Below, in pieces: positions 14,952 through 24,525 of a stretch of 64,000 nt of DNA. Each line of letters begins with the position of its first letter. The stretch's first letter is position 1. The translations under genes were made by a program, and so were the position numbers. The notes beneath the pieces were generated by a model. The model made no database searches, was not told the DNA's origin, and saw only the letters and a list, made by a program, of their open reading frames with translations. The stretch is from a virus, in IMG/VR virus record IMGVR_UViG_3300035698_032311, positions 1-64,000 of that record; one strand, given 5' to 3'.

Positions 14952-16034
14952 TTATCCAAAAAGTTTATTTAATACTTTACGTGTAGCTGGCCCACATCTT
15001 CCATATCCTGAATCTCCTAATTTAGCGATATTTTCAGCAGATTGAAAACTTTGCACTGCTTTTGAAGTTATTGAATAGTAATTGCCCGTTTCAGAAATAT
15101 TAATAGGAAAAACGCCATACCACTTTAAACATTTTTGAAGCCAAACTACTTCAGGATCATTTTTTAATCCATAAAATAAATCACGATTAAACTGATGTTT
15201 TGGTTTTTCTATTGTAGCAGACTCTTTATCTCTCCAATTATCTGGTAAATTTAAAAAATAAAAGTTCCATTTAATCCACGGCAGATATTCTTCAGTAAAA
15301 AATACTTGACCATTATAACATGCAGATGAATTTGCTCCCCACGAATTATCTACAATCAAAGTTTTTTTGCCATTTATCAAACCATAATTCTTCCCTTTCT
15401 TATTTTCAGGAGTAATAACCATCGCATGATACCAAAGTTCATCAAATGAACGGGGGGGTAAAACCCATCCTTTTTTATTTGTCCATGTTGCATTAGTGCC
15501 TGCTACACCCAATACTACAGGAATATCTTGTTGGAGTATTGATGCAATTTTATCAAATGTCATATCACAATACAAAAAGCTTTTAGCCTTATATACTAAA
15601 GCAGTTTGTCTAACATCAGTAATAATATCATCTTCCCTATTCATTTGAGTTTCATTCATTCCTTGAGAAGGCAATAAATGTTCTAATGGACAACCCTGTT
15701 TTATGCCAAATTCCATACCTTCTCGTATATACATTCCGGGTCCTTGATATGTTCTTTGAGCATAAGGAAAACGAGCTGATAAATCTCTATAAACTCCACT
15801 TTCATAATATTCAACAATACCCAATGCCTTAGAAACAGATTGTCCAACACAAGAACTGGAATGATCTTGGTCTTTTATTGGAAACAAAGGATCAGGATGA
15901 GAATCTATTGATTGCCAAGAAATAGAAGATGGAGCACCCAATACTTCTTCATGTCTAAAATCGTGTGAGTCAGCTAAATCAGGAACCCAACCGGGCTCTT
16001 TAGGGATAGGAGTTTTTTTTCTAAACCAAAACAT
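14952..16034 (-). CDS. endolysin: papain-like cysteine peptidase with C-terminal peptidoglycan-binding domain
   Basis: Q…SSCVGQS (Cys), WYHAMVI (His), VDNSWG (Asn) in papain order; C-terminal WLQKCLKWYGVFPI…SKAVQSFQ…GYGRCGPATRKVL resembles PG_binding_1. Confidence 0.5.
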   Translation of the reverse strand: MFWFRKKTPIPKEPGWVPDLADSHDFRHEEVLGAPSSISWQSIDSHPDPLFPIKDQDHSSSCVGQSVSKALGIVEYYESGVYRDLSARFPYAQRTYQGPGMYIREGMEFGIKQGCPLEHLLPSQGMNETQMNREDDIITDVRQTALVYKAKSFLYCDMTFDKIASILQQDIPVVLGVAGTNATWTNKKGWVLPPRSFDELWYHAMVITPENKKGKNYGLINGKKTLIVDNSWGANSSACYNGQVFFTEEYLPWIKWNFYFLNLPDNWRDKESATIEKPKHQFNRDLFYGLKNDPEVVWLQKCLKWYGVFPINISETGNYYSITSKAVQSFQSAENIAKLGDSGYGRCGPATRKVLNKLFG

Positions 16035-16116
16035 ATATTTATTCTGAAAAAATTAACTTAAAAAATAAAATTAGTATTAACAGCCAAAAAACTGGAATAA
16101 ATAAGCTAGTATTCAT

Positions 16117-16380
16117 TTATTTGTGATTATTATTATCAAGCCAATGAATTAGTCGTTGTGTTACAAATGTGTTCTTTTCTATTTGATCGCCCATCTTCTC
16201 AAATTTATCTCCTAATTTTTGGCGACTTTCTAAATCTCCGTGAAAATGATTAGTAATAACATCAATAAATTTATCATCACGTTTTGATAATGATGCCAAA
16301 AACATTTTGACAATCAAATATAAGATTACAATTGATACTATTGCAACACCATATTGTGCAATGTCTATTAACTCTATCAT
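16117..16380 (-). CDS. small membrane protein (holin/spanin-like)
   Basis: 87 aa, one N-terminal TM helix then charged tail; lysis-cassette position. Confidence 0.3.
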   Translation of the reverse strand: MIELIDIAQYGVAIVSIVILYLIVKMFLASLSKRDDKFIDVITNHFHGDLESRQKLGDKFEKMGDQIEKNTFVTQRLIHWLDNNNHK

Positions 16381-16416
16381 ATTATAATTTTAATTGTATT
16401 TGAGTACTTTGTAAAC

Positions 16417-16617
16417 CTATTTTTTAACGACTTTTTTATCTTTTTCTTTAGAATTAGAAGATGCTTCTTGAAGCATTTCATTTAATAATGCTAACTGACC
16501 TCTTAACTCTAATATTTCAGTGACAAGAGTTTGACGTGTAATGTCTAGTTGAGCGACTTGCTTGCTTTTTGTATCTAATAGATTACGTGTGACTTGAAGT
16601 CTTTCTTTGATGTTCAT
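16417..16617 (-). CDS. small coiled-coil protein
   Basis: 66-aa ORF. Confidence 0.25.
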   Translation of the reverse strand: MNIKERLQVTRNLLDTKSKQVAQLDITRQTLVTEILELRGQLALLNEMLQEASSNSKEKDKKVVKK

Positions 16618-16649
16618 ATTATTTATAATTAATTTTTTATTAAAGTAAC

Positions 16650-19600
16650 TTAAGATTTTTCGACTTTTAATAATCGGATTTCTAATTCCTTAATTGCCCC
16701 AATCATAATTGAAACTAAAGCTGATAATTCTGCACCGTCTTCAGCCTTAATCTTTTTTTTCGTCTTTTTATCTATTTTATATGGTATATCATTTTTATCT
16801 CTTGGTAACGGTTTGCCGTTTCGATCAGTTGCAATTGAATAAACAGCTTTTGGCATTGTTCTATAATCAAATCTTGGAACACCATAACTTGTCTTAAAAG
16901 AAGGATGTTTTTTAATATTTTTAAGAGCATCAACATCAGAGACCTTTCTGCCATCTTGAAGTTCAACACCATCATCAAATACCCCTAAACATCCTCTGTC
17001 TTGTAAGTTCTTATAATTTAAATCATTGAAATAATTACTAGAACTACCCAAATCCCAAATTCCTGCACTTTCTGGCATAATATCACCGATATGATCAAAT
17101 CCACAAGCATAATGAGCCCCATAAGATTTTTGGTTTATATTAAGATAGTAAGAAGATGAACCTGCAATAAGTTTAGCTCCTGCAGTGATTGTTAAGCCGC
17201 TTGATCCTGGAGTAATACTTATGCCACCTGATGAGCTACCTGATGTTTCAAATATCATTGAAGTATAAGGTCCATAAATTTTATGAGTTCCATCTGTAAG
17301 ATAAACTGATAACGGAGTTATATTAATTCCATCTGAAGTTGAACTGTGATGAGCATTGGGAATACCTGTTCGAGTACCATGCATTGCATCGTTTATTGTT
17401 CCTGAATGATAAGTAGTAATAGCTCCACCATCATGAGCTGAAATATCAACCCCATCAACAGTTCCAGTAATAGCAAGGTTACCTGAAATTTTATTGCCTG
17501 CATCTGAACAATTTATATTTAAATGATTACCACTTAATACTCCAGCTGTACTAACTGAACTTGGAGTAATATTAAGACCATTTGAAACTGAACTATGATG
17601 CTGACTTGCTGTAACACTTGTTAAGTCTGAATGACTTTTAGTTCCTAACTCTGATAAAGAGCAAGTACTCAAATCACTACAGGTAAAAACACCCCCACTT
17701 GGCCAACTTGTCTTACAATCTCCACTTAAACATATTTCAGTTGCATAAAGATAACGCCAACGATTACTATTTGTACCTAAATCATAATCACTTCCATATG
17801 GTATAAAATCAGCATCACATTCTACGGTAGTTGCTAACAATCGTAAAGTTGCACCAGATATTAACATTACTCCTGAAAAACCCCACTCAATATATGCCTC
17901 TGCTACATTAGAAGAATTAACCCAATATATAGTTGATGACTCTCCAAATGAACTGTTACACATTTCAATTCTATTATTATTACTTGCAGCAGAACTAACA
18001 ACCGATCCAGTAATAGTACCTCCAGTAATAGTTGAAGCAGCAATAGTACCCTTAAAATAAGCATCTCCAGCACTAGAAATATAAAAAGTAGTCGCACTAG
18101 ATTTTCTTCCATAAATACCATTAGAATCAAATCTAATACCGTTAGCCGGAAGAGAAATACTAGTTAAATTAGCTTCAAGAAAACCTTTAGTAATTATAGA
18201 GCTAGCGTCAAGTCCAGTATAGGCCCTGCCGGCTCCTGTTTGTTGATTAGCAGTAAGTCTTTTATATGTACTTCCATCAGCTAAAATATCATCTGCTGTT
18301 GAACCTGTACCATCGGCTTGTTTTATTCCACTATCATATTTAAGTGCATTTCCTGCTGTTACTGTAATATTTCCTGATACAACAACATCACCAGAAGTAT
18401 TAATTGAAAATGTTGTAACACTTGCTTTTCTTCCATAAATACCTGTTCCATGAATAAGAATTCCATCGGCAGGTAAACTAGCAGTAGATATTTGGCTAAC
18501 ATCAATTGCAGCTAATTGATTACCTGTTATAGTATTTCCATAGATTTCATTAGCAGTAATGACATTTGCGGCTATTTGTTCTGCTAAAACTGTCCTAACA
18601 GCAATATTTGCTCCATCAATAACCATTCCTAATCCAGGTTTAACATTAACAACTGAAGCTCCTTTAGGTGCAATAGCGGGTATAGCATAACAAAGCCCAA
18701 TTTTATTCGGACCCATTGCATCAGAAAATGATGTTGATGTTTGTAGTGAATTAGTTGAAGCATCAGCATCAAAATAAATTACAGTTGTTGCTCCCATATT
18801 ACCAGTATCATCTTTAGCAATACTATATATAAGAGGACTACTCGCACTAGATGTTGCTGCTTTTATTGAACCTGCTTCCCAACCAACTGTATTGTGATCA
18901 ATTGAAGAGAAAGCTAAATCAGTAACCCAATCTTTGCTTCCTAATGTAAGATTATCTGGTGAAATCGATTGAAGACTTCGCTGTAATTGGTCAATAGCAG
19001 ATTGAACAACATCTTCTTGTTCTTGGGTTAAATCACTTAAATTAGCATCAAATTCTGTTAGTTCTATTAATGCCTCATCAACTTTATAACTAATTCTGAC
19101 AATAGACATATTAGTGCCAAAAAGAGTCTGAGCTTCATTAATATCCATAACCTTACAAGTATCACCGGGCTTAATTGATGCTAAATCATAATCACTTCCT
19201 ACTACTATTGTAATTCTTCTTTTGACATCTTTATTTTCAGCAATTTTTGGATTTCCTAATAAATTAGCATATGCTGTTGTGTGAACATCACTATCAATCT
19301 TTAAATCAGCAATAGTTCCATAATCAGTAATACTAGTTGCGTCAGAATATGTACTATCAACATAATTTAGACATACACTCCCAACCCCTGACCAGATAAA
19401 GAAACGATTAATGACTGTTTCAATATTTTTATGAGTTTTTAATTCCTTAATATGTTTTCGTAAAATGAACTTATGAGTAGCTGATGTAGATTTTTCCTTT
19501 AAATATAGTTTTCCAGAAGCATCAATAAACCAATACCAATTAGTTGGCAAAAACTCTTCAACTTTTCGAATTGCTTTACGATGCTTAATATCTTTGAATA

Positions 19601-20114
19601 GATAGGTTAAATTCTCACTTGTATCACCAACATTAGCATAATCATTACTAATCAATAAGTCTGTTTCACCATTCGTTCTATAGTTATCAATAATATTCTT
19701 CATTATTTGACCTAATTCAGTATCAGATTCTTGAATTGCAAAGCCAGTCAATACGGTTGTAGAAGATCTCCAGTAATCATTGTTAAGTTTTGAAATATTC
19801 GGTAAAAATGTAATTTCGACTCCTTCATCATTTTCTTTAATATATGGTCGAAAAGCAGATAGATATCCTGTATATATTAAAGTATCAGTATTGTCTGAAT
19901 CATTTAAATAGATTTTCAGACGATAATTAAGATCAAGATCAGTACCTTCTCCATAATCATCTACTTTTCTATTAAGATTTAATACAACTTCACTAAGTCC
20001 TCCATTTACTGAATATTCAAATGTAGGTGTATTCAAAACATCGTCAAGAACTTTGACGAAGACACCGCTTCGATTATAGATTTTAAATGTGAGTTTTCTT
20101 TTTATATCTGACAT
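16650..20114 (-). CDS. tail fibre / tail-associated lysin-like protein with C-terminal intramolecular chaperone
   Basis: 1154 aa; N-terminus resembles prophage-tail/Tal-type proteins; long Gly/Ser/Thr-rich β-repeats; C-terminal …SDVDALKNIK…AELSALVSIMIGAIKELEIRLLKVE resembles S74-type auto-cleaving chaperone. Confidence 0.5.
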   Translation of the reverse strand: MSDIKRKLTFKIYNRSGVFVKVLDDVLNTPTFEYSVNGGLSEVVLNLNRKVDDYGEGTDLDLNYRLKIYLNDSDNTDTLIYTGYLSAFRPYIKENDEGVEITFLPNISKLNNDYWRSSTTVLTGFAIQESDTELGQIMKNIIDNYRTNGETDLLISNDYANVGDTSENLTYLFKDIKHRKAIRKVEEFLPTNWYWFIDASGKLYLKEKSTSATHKFILRKHIKELKTHKNIETVINRFFIWSGVGSVCLNYVDSTYSDATSITDYGTIADLKIDSDVHTTAYANLLGNPKIAENKDVKRRITIVVGSDYDLASIKPGDTCKVMDINEAQTLFGTNMSIVRISYKVDEALIELTEFDANLSDLTQEQEDVVQSAIDQLQRSLQSISPDNLTLGSKDWVTDLAFSSIDHNTVGWEAGSIKAATSSASSPLIYSIAKDDTGNMGATTVIYFDADASTNSLQTSTSFSDAMGPNKIGLCYAIPAIAPKGASVVNVKPGLGMVIDGANIAVRTVLAEQIAANVITANEIYGNTITGNQLAAIDVSQISTASLPADGILIHGTGIYGRKASVTTFSINTSGDVVVSGNITVTAGNALKYDSGIKQADGTGSTADDILADGSTYKRLTANQQTGAGRAYTGLDASSIITKGFLEANLTSISLPANGIRFDSNGIYGRKSSATTFYISSAGDAYFKGTIAASTITGGTITGSVVSSAASNNNRIEMCNSSFGESSTIYWVNSSNVAEAYIEWGFSGVMLISGATLRLLATTVECDADFIPYGSDYDLGTNSNRWRYLYATEICLSGDCKTSWPSGGVFTCSDLSTCSLSELGTKSHSDLTSVTASQHHSSVSNGLNITPSSVSTAGVLSGNHLNINCSDAGNKISGNLAITGTVDGVDISAHDGGAITTYHSGTINDAMHGTRTGIPNAHHSSTSDGINITPLSVYLTDGTHKIYGPYTSMIFETSGSSSGGISITPGSSGLTITAGAKLIAGSSSYYLNINQKSYGAHYACGFDHIGDIMPESAGIWDLGSSSNYFNDLNYKNLQDRGCLGVFDDGVELQDGRKVSDVDALKNIKKHPSFKTSYGVPRFDYRTMPKAVYSIATDRNGKPLPRDKNDIPYKIDKKTKKKIKAEDGAELSALVSIMIGAIKELEIRLLKVEKS

Positions 20115-20115
20115 A

Positions 20116-20304
20116 TTATTTTATACGCTTCCATGCTCGTTCATGAATGTAATATTCAATAGTTGAAACTATCGCAGCAACAATAGTTATTTTTAATGAT
20201 ATAGCAAATTTTTGAGTATAGAAAAAAATAATCAATAATGAAGTTAATACTGCAATAATTCTCCAACTTATAGTTTTTAAAATTGATTTCTTTTTTGAAT
20301 CCAT
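20116..20304 (-). CDS. small membrane protein
   Basis: 62 aa with two hydrophobic helices. Confidence 0.3.
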   Translation of the reverse strand: MDSKKKSILKTISWRIIAVLTSLLIIFFYTQKFAISLKITIVAAIVSTIEYYIHERAWKRIK

Positions 20305-20517
20305 ATTATTATAAAATATCTCATCTCAAAAATAAGCAGTGGGTTCAAGTAAAGAGATATTCACTTTTTCACTACTTCTCCCTTTTATGGTTGAGATGAG
20401 ATATCTTATAACAAAATAATATTTTGCTGTAAAAATCGTAGAGTGTGATTGTGTAATTTTGTTGAACCCTTCTCTAAAAACTGGAGTTAAAATCTTTATT
20501 TAATTATTTAATTAGAT

Positions 20518-20796
20518 TTATAGTTGAACACTATGACCTTGAGATTGTGTTATCCCATCACTTTGTTTAAAAGCATAAAACTGGAAACCATACAAAATCT
20601 CTTGAATCTGATTTTTTATTTGGTCTTTAACGGCTTTGTTTTGTATTTCATTAACTATTGCACCATCAATAATAGTTAGGATTTTACCAGATAAATGTTT
20701 TATATTATTTTCTACATATTCATAAGGTAAATATCCTTCGTATTTTGGTATAGATGATTTTTCTCCTACAACTGACTTAACTTTATCTTTTGACAT
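20518..20796 (-). CDS. hypothetical protein
   Basis: 92-aa ORF flanked by a 10-bp inverted repeat ctggagttaa/ttaactccag (20472-20481, 20809-20818). Confidence 0.3.
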   Translation of the reverse strand: MSKDKVKSVVGEKSSIPKYEGYLPYEYVENNIKHLSGKILTIIDGAIVNEIQNKAVKDQIKNQIQEILYGFQFYAFKQSDGITQSQGHSVQL

Positions 20797-20920
20797 AACA
20801 TTATAACTAAACTTGACTTAACTCCAGATTTTAAAGAACTGTTATTAAAAAGTATAGAGATGTTTAAGCAACGATTTGTTGTCAAAGCCCTTGAACTATG
20901 TTATAGAAAACATCTCTTTA

Positions 20921-21142
20921 TTAGGTTGGGCTTTTTTTATCATCTTCTCCGGCAGTAAGATACAGCGGTTTTCCACAATTGGAGCATTTCTTTTTCAGCC
21001 CTGAGGACTTATAAGTTATCCTACATAGCCGACAATATGCTTCGTAGAATATCAGATACACCAAGGGATAACCACATTTAGGACACTTTGCTTTAATCTT
21101 TTCTCCACAATCAGGACAATAGAAATAAGCTAATCTTCCCAT
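20921..21142 (-). CDS. four-CxxC zinc-ribbon protein (paralog A)
   Basis: 73 aa CPDCG…CPKCG…CRLC…CSNCG; same architecture as 21724-21945. Confidence 0.4.
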   Translation of the reverse strand: MGRLAYFYCPDCGEKIKAKCPKCGYPLVYLIFYEAYCRLCRITYKSSGLKKKCSNCGKPLYLTAGEDDKKSPT

Positions 21143-21369
21143 TATGAATACAACCCGTTCTTTCCGTTTATAATCTTCTTCTTTTTAGACACAAATTCTC
21201 CAACTTCAATCTTTACAAACAGTTTTTTGGCATCAATTGTTTCCCAGCCTTTCTCTTTCCACCTGTAAAGTATCAAGTTAATGGCTTTCATTATGGATAA
21301 ACCTATGTCTTCTGCTGTTTCAAGTTCCTGTAGTTTCTTTTCCAAGATTTCTTCTTTGCTTTCGGTCAT
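21142..21369 (-). CDS. hypothetical protein
   Basis: 75-aa ORF. Confidence 0.3.
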   Translation of the reverse strand: MTESKEEILEKKLQELETAEDIGLSIMKAINLILYRWKEKGWETIDAKKLFVKIEVGEFVSKKKKIINGKNGLYS

Positions 21370-21677
21370 CTGTAAATCTCTCTCTTGTGATTGTTTTGGC
21401 TTCTGAGCAGTTTATACCATTCGTCAAACCTCTCTATAGCTGTCTTATGCCTATATCCAGGTTGCATCATTCCTTCTAAATGATTAAAAGTCAGTGTAGG
21501 GACTAATTCTATTCCATTTTCTACTTTCCTTTTGTATTCTTCATAGATTTTCCTGTAATTGTCGTGTATCTCTTTGTATTCTTTGGCTATTTTTTGGTCT
21601 ATCTCTTTATGATATTTCTCAAAGCTTTCAGCGAATTTAATCATTCTGTCATACATCTCTTTAATTGTTTCAGCCAT
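21366..21677 (-). CDS. hypothetical protein
   Basis: 103-aa ORF. Confidence 0.3.
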   Translation of the reverse strand: MAETIKEMYDRMIKFAESFEKYHKEIDQKIAKEYKEIHDNYRKIYEEYKRKVENGIELVPTLTFNHLEGMMQPGYRHKTAIERFDEWYKLLRSQNNHKREIYR

Positions 21678-21723
21678 TATAGATTCAAACTGTTCATCGG
21701 TTAAGATAAACTCTTCTGGTTCT

Positions 21724-21945
21724 TCATTTATCAGTATTGTCGCCTCCTTTAAATATCAATCCATACTTTCCACACTTGGAACAAATATTTTTTCCAATCT
21801 GATTCATAGAAAAGAACTGCTTGCAATTCCTACAAAGCGCTATAAATGAATCGACATAATCCAATTGTCTTTTACATAAAGGACATCGTGCCATTATTCT
21901 TTCATACTCACAGTATCTATTAGAACATACTTTCCATGCTTTCAT
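21724..21945 (-). CDS. four-CxxC zinc-ribbon protein (paralog B)
   Basis: 73 aa CSNRYC…CPLC…CRNC…CSKCG. Confidence 0.4.
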   Translation of the reverse strand: MKAWKVCSNRYCEYERIMARCPLCKRQLDYVDSFIALCRNCKQFFSMNQIGKNICSKCGKYGLIFKGGDNTDK

Positions 21946-22163
21946 TTACTTCACCTATTAAATTGTTAAAGGAAGTAGTGGATAGACGCTATACGAATCT
22001 CGTATTTTTTTATCTTTGTCCAATCTAATTCCCTCAAAGCTGGATATAAGGGTTTATTGAGATTAAGGAACTCAAAACCTTTATCCCTCTAAACATTATT
22101 CTGTCCACCCAGCTTTCAAGGAACTAAATTCATTGGGGAACGAAGCAAATTACTTCGCCCCCC

Positions 22164-23171
22164 TCATTTTGAGGAAGATTTATTTAAGTCCAATTTTATA
22201 ACGTGGCGAAAAGATACTCCGTAAACAGGATGAATCCCTAAAAGCAATTGTTCAGGAACTGAAGCCACTCCCAGTTGTTCTTCTGCATATTCGTCATCTG
22301 TAATCCAAGAACCATTTACGAAAATAGTTAAATCGTTCCATCTCATACCTGCATTAGCCGAATGAAAATGCGAGAATAAAAAGTTATCCAGTTTAATTCT
22401 ATTCCTGTAAGCTCCTTGCCATCTCTGACATTGGCGGGTCATACCATAATGAGGCAAATTGTAATATCGCCTAATCATATCTCCGTGAGTCGCTAAAAAT
22501 CCGTGTCCTAAAATGGTAAACATAGCTTTCCAGTCTTTCATTTCTACATGCCATTTAAGTCGGGGCTGATTTCTTGTGGTTGCTTCTAATGATTTATAAA
22601 ATACTAGGTCCCAGTTTGTACTTCTTGAAGAAACCCATTTTGCTTGATGCTGTCTTCCGTGATTTCCTTTGATGGCGTGGATTTCCACTTCCTTGAAATT
22701 CTTTAAGCAGAAAAGAATAAACTTCGTAAACTCGGGAACACCTACAGAGAATATTTGCTCCATTATAGGAATAGCCATAAAATCTACTGCTTGAGCCGGA
22801 TAGACTGCCTCACAATCTACCATATCTCCGTTAAAAACTATCACTAATTTTTTTATCTGTCGTTGACTTCTAAGAGCAGAAATAATGCTCATCATTGATT
22901 TTTCAAGAAATCTCAATCTTTTAACAAAGACTTTAGGGTTATAAGAAATAGTCTGCTTTCCTATATGTGTATCCGAAATTAAAATCAATGCTACTTCAGA
23001 GCTGTGTTTTGTTTTGGGTATGAAAAGTGTAGGCGCTTCTATCGCCGGCATTATAGCAATAGAGTCTTTGATAGATTTTACAATCCTATCAGCTATATCC
23101 AGTTTCTTATCTTGAGCTAATATCCTTCTTTTCAAAAGGCGAATCTTCGCTTCAAGTTTTTTATCACTCAA
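22164..23171 (-). CDS. calcineurin-like metallophosphoesterase (TTG start)
   Basis: SDTHIG, NGDMVD, KGNHG, THGD, SHFHS motifs in canonical order. Confidence 0.6.
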   Translation of the reverse strand: MSDKKLEAKIRLLKRRILAQDKKLDIADRIVKSIKDSIAIMPAIEAPTLFIPKTKHSSEVALILISDTHIGKQTISYNPKVFVKRLRFLEKSMMSIISALRSQRQIKKLVIVFNGDMVDCEAVYPAQAVDFMAIPIMEQIFSVGVPEFTKFILFCLKNFKEVEIHAIKGNHGRQHQAKWVSSRSTNWDLVFYKSLEATTRNQPRLKWHVEMKDWKAMFTILGHGFLATHGDMIRRYYNLPHYGMTRQCQRWQGAYRNRIKLDNFLFSHFHSANAGMRWNDLTIFVNGSWITDDEYAEEQLGVASVPEQLLLGIHPVYGVSFRHVIKLDLNKSSSK

Positions 23172-23216
23172 CTAAATCACCTTCCTCCTGCGTTCTATTT
23201 TTCATAGAATCACCTC
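23164..23216 (-). promoter_or_regulatory. conserved leader: GAGGTG RBS plus 14-codon uORF (MKNRTQEEGDLVE) overlapping the main start; palindrome ttctat-N5-atagaa
   Basis: Near-identical element upstream of the paralogous gene at 24363-24424. Confidence 0.45.
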
Positions 23217-23331
23217 AGTTTTTAAAGAGCTATAATTCGCTCAAGATTAAAGACAACTTTCCTTTAATCTTCAAAGAACTATTTAAATCCATCTTCTATA
23301 AAATAATCCTTTAACCAAGAAACATCATTCG

Positions 23332-24366
23332 CTACTTCGCCTCCCTCATTTTTTTAGGAAGAGAGATATAATCATTTTTAACAGGCACATAATATGTCTT
23401 ATTGTAAATTTCTATAGACTCAAGCCCTTTGTTTGACTGGTGTATTGTTAGAATCATACCCCCTATTGCTGGAAAATATCCTTTGGTCTTTAGATAAGTT
23501 GTTTGAGACTGAAAGCATTTAAGCTGAAATCCTTCTACATTTCTATATGCTTCCAAGTAAGCTGGTTGATGATAGTGCCCTAATAACAATATGTGCGGTT
23601 TTTGTTCTGGTGCAAACTGTTCAATTATCTTCTGCATTTTATAGCTTCTCGCATAAGCAATTCCACCAGAGCCGTGCATCAGATAAATTACAATTTTTCC
23701 AAAGGTTATATAAGCTCCAGTATATCCCAGATATTCTATATCGCTTCTTTCGTCTGCAAAATGTTGTAAAATGTCAAAGCCTGATTCCTTGTAAAAAGAG
23801 TAATCGTGGCTTCCACCGATAACATATGTTTTTATGCCCTCAATCTTAGGATAGTTGTTAACAATGTAATCCAGTTGGGTTTCAACTCCAAACATAAACA
23901 TTTCATAGAGTTGCCCCCTATAAAGTTTTCCATTGCCTTCCACCACATCGCCTCCGTGTAAAATAGCATCTACTTTAAAATGTTTGCAAAGCCTGTAAAA
24001 GTCCAGTAAGTGCTGGTGTTGTTGATGTTTAGACCCATAATGAGTATCTGATATTATACCCAACTTATAAGTCTTGACTCTTTTGTCATATTTATATTCT
24101 GCATCTTGTTTTAATTTCTGCTTATAGGCTATATAACCCCTCTTTGATACTTCTTCAAGCAGTTGCCTGTCTTTTACTTTTTCAATATTATATTGAGATT
24201 TAAGATTACTTTGGGGTGTATTTCTTTTAAGACTTATTCGATTGGCTTTAGTTTTGATGGACTCTTTGGTCCTGTTAGGTATAGCTTTTTGAAGCTCTTC
24301 CCAAGTGCCAGACTTCCATAGTTTTTTTAAAGAGTCAGCTTCTTGTTTAGTCCAATATTTAGTCAT
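23332..24366 (-). CDS. calcineurin-like metallophosphoesterase (paralog) with N-terminal SANT/HTH-like region
   Basis: SDTHYG, GGDVVEG, GGSHD, MHGSGG, GHYHQ motifs. Confidence 0.6.
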   Translation of the reverse strand: MTKYWTKQEADSLKKLWKSGTWEELQKAIPNRTKESIKTKANRISLKRNTPQSNLKSQYNIEKVKDRQLLEEVSKRGYIAYKQKLKQDAEYKYDKRVKTYKLGIISDTHYGSKHQQHQHLLDFYRLCKHFKVDAILHGGDVVEGNGKLYRGQLYEMFMFGVETQLDYIVNNYPKIEGIKTYVIGGSHDYSFYKESGFDILQHFADERSDIEYLGYTGAYITFGKIVIYLMHGSGGIAYARSYKMQKIIEQFAPEQKPHILLLGHYHQPAYLEAYRNVEGFQLKCFQSQTTYLKTKGYFPAIGGMILTIHQSNKGLESIEIYNKTYYVPVKNDYISLPKKMREAK

Positions 24367-24424
24367 AGAAATATCACCTTATTTATATCTTCCCATTGTG
24401 TTCTATTTTTCATAGAACCACCTC
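24363..24424 (-). promoter_or_regulatory. conserved leader: GAGGTG RBS plus 17-codon uORF (MKNRTQWEDINKVIFL) ending in ATGA overlap with main ATG; same palindrome
   Basis: Second copy of the element at 23164-23216. Confidence 0.45.
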
Positions 24425-24525
24425 GTAAGTTTTAAAAAAACCATATTTCGTTCTTTGAACTAAGTTCTTTTAAACCCAGAGGCAAAAAACAAAAGTTTAT
24501 TTAAAAATACCCTAGATATTTAATA

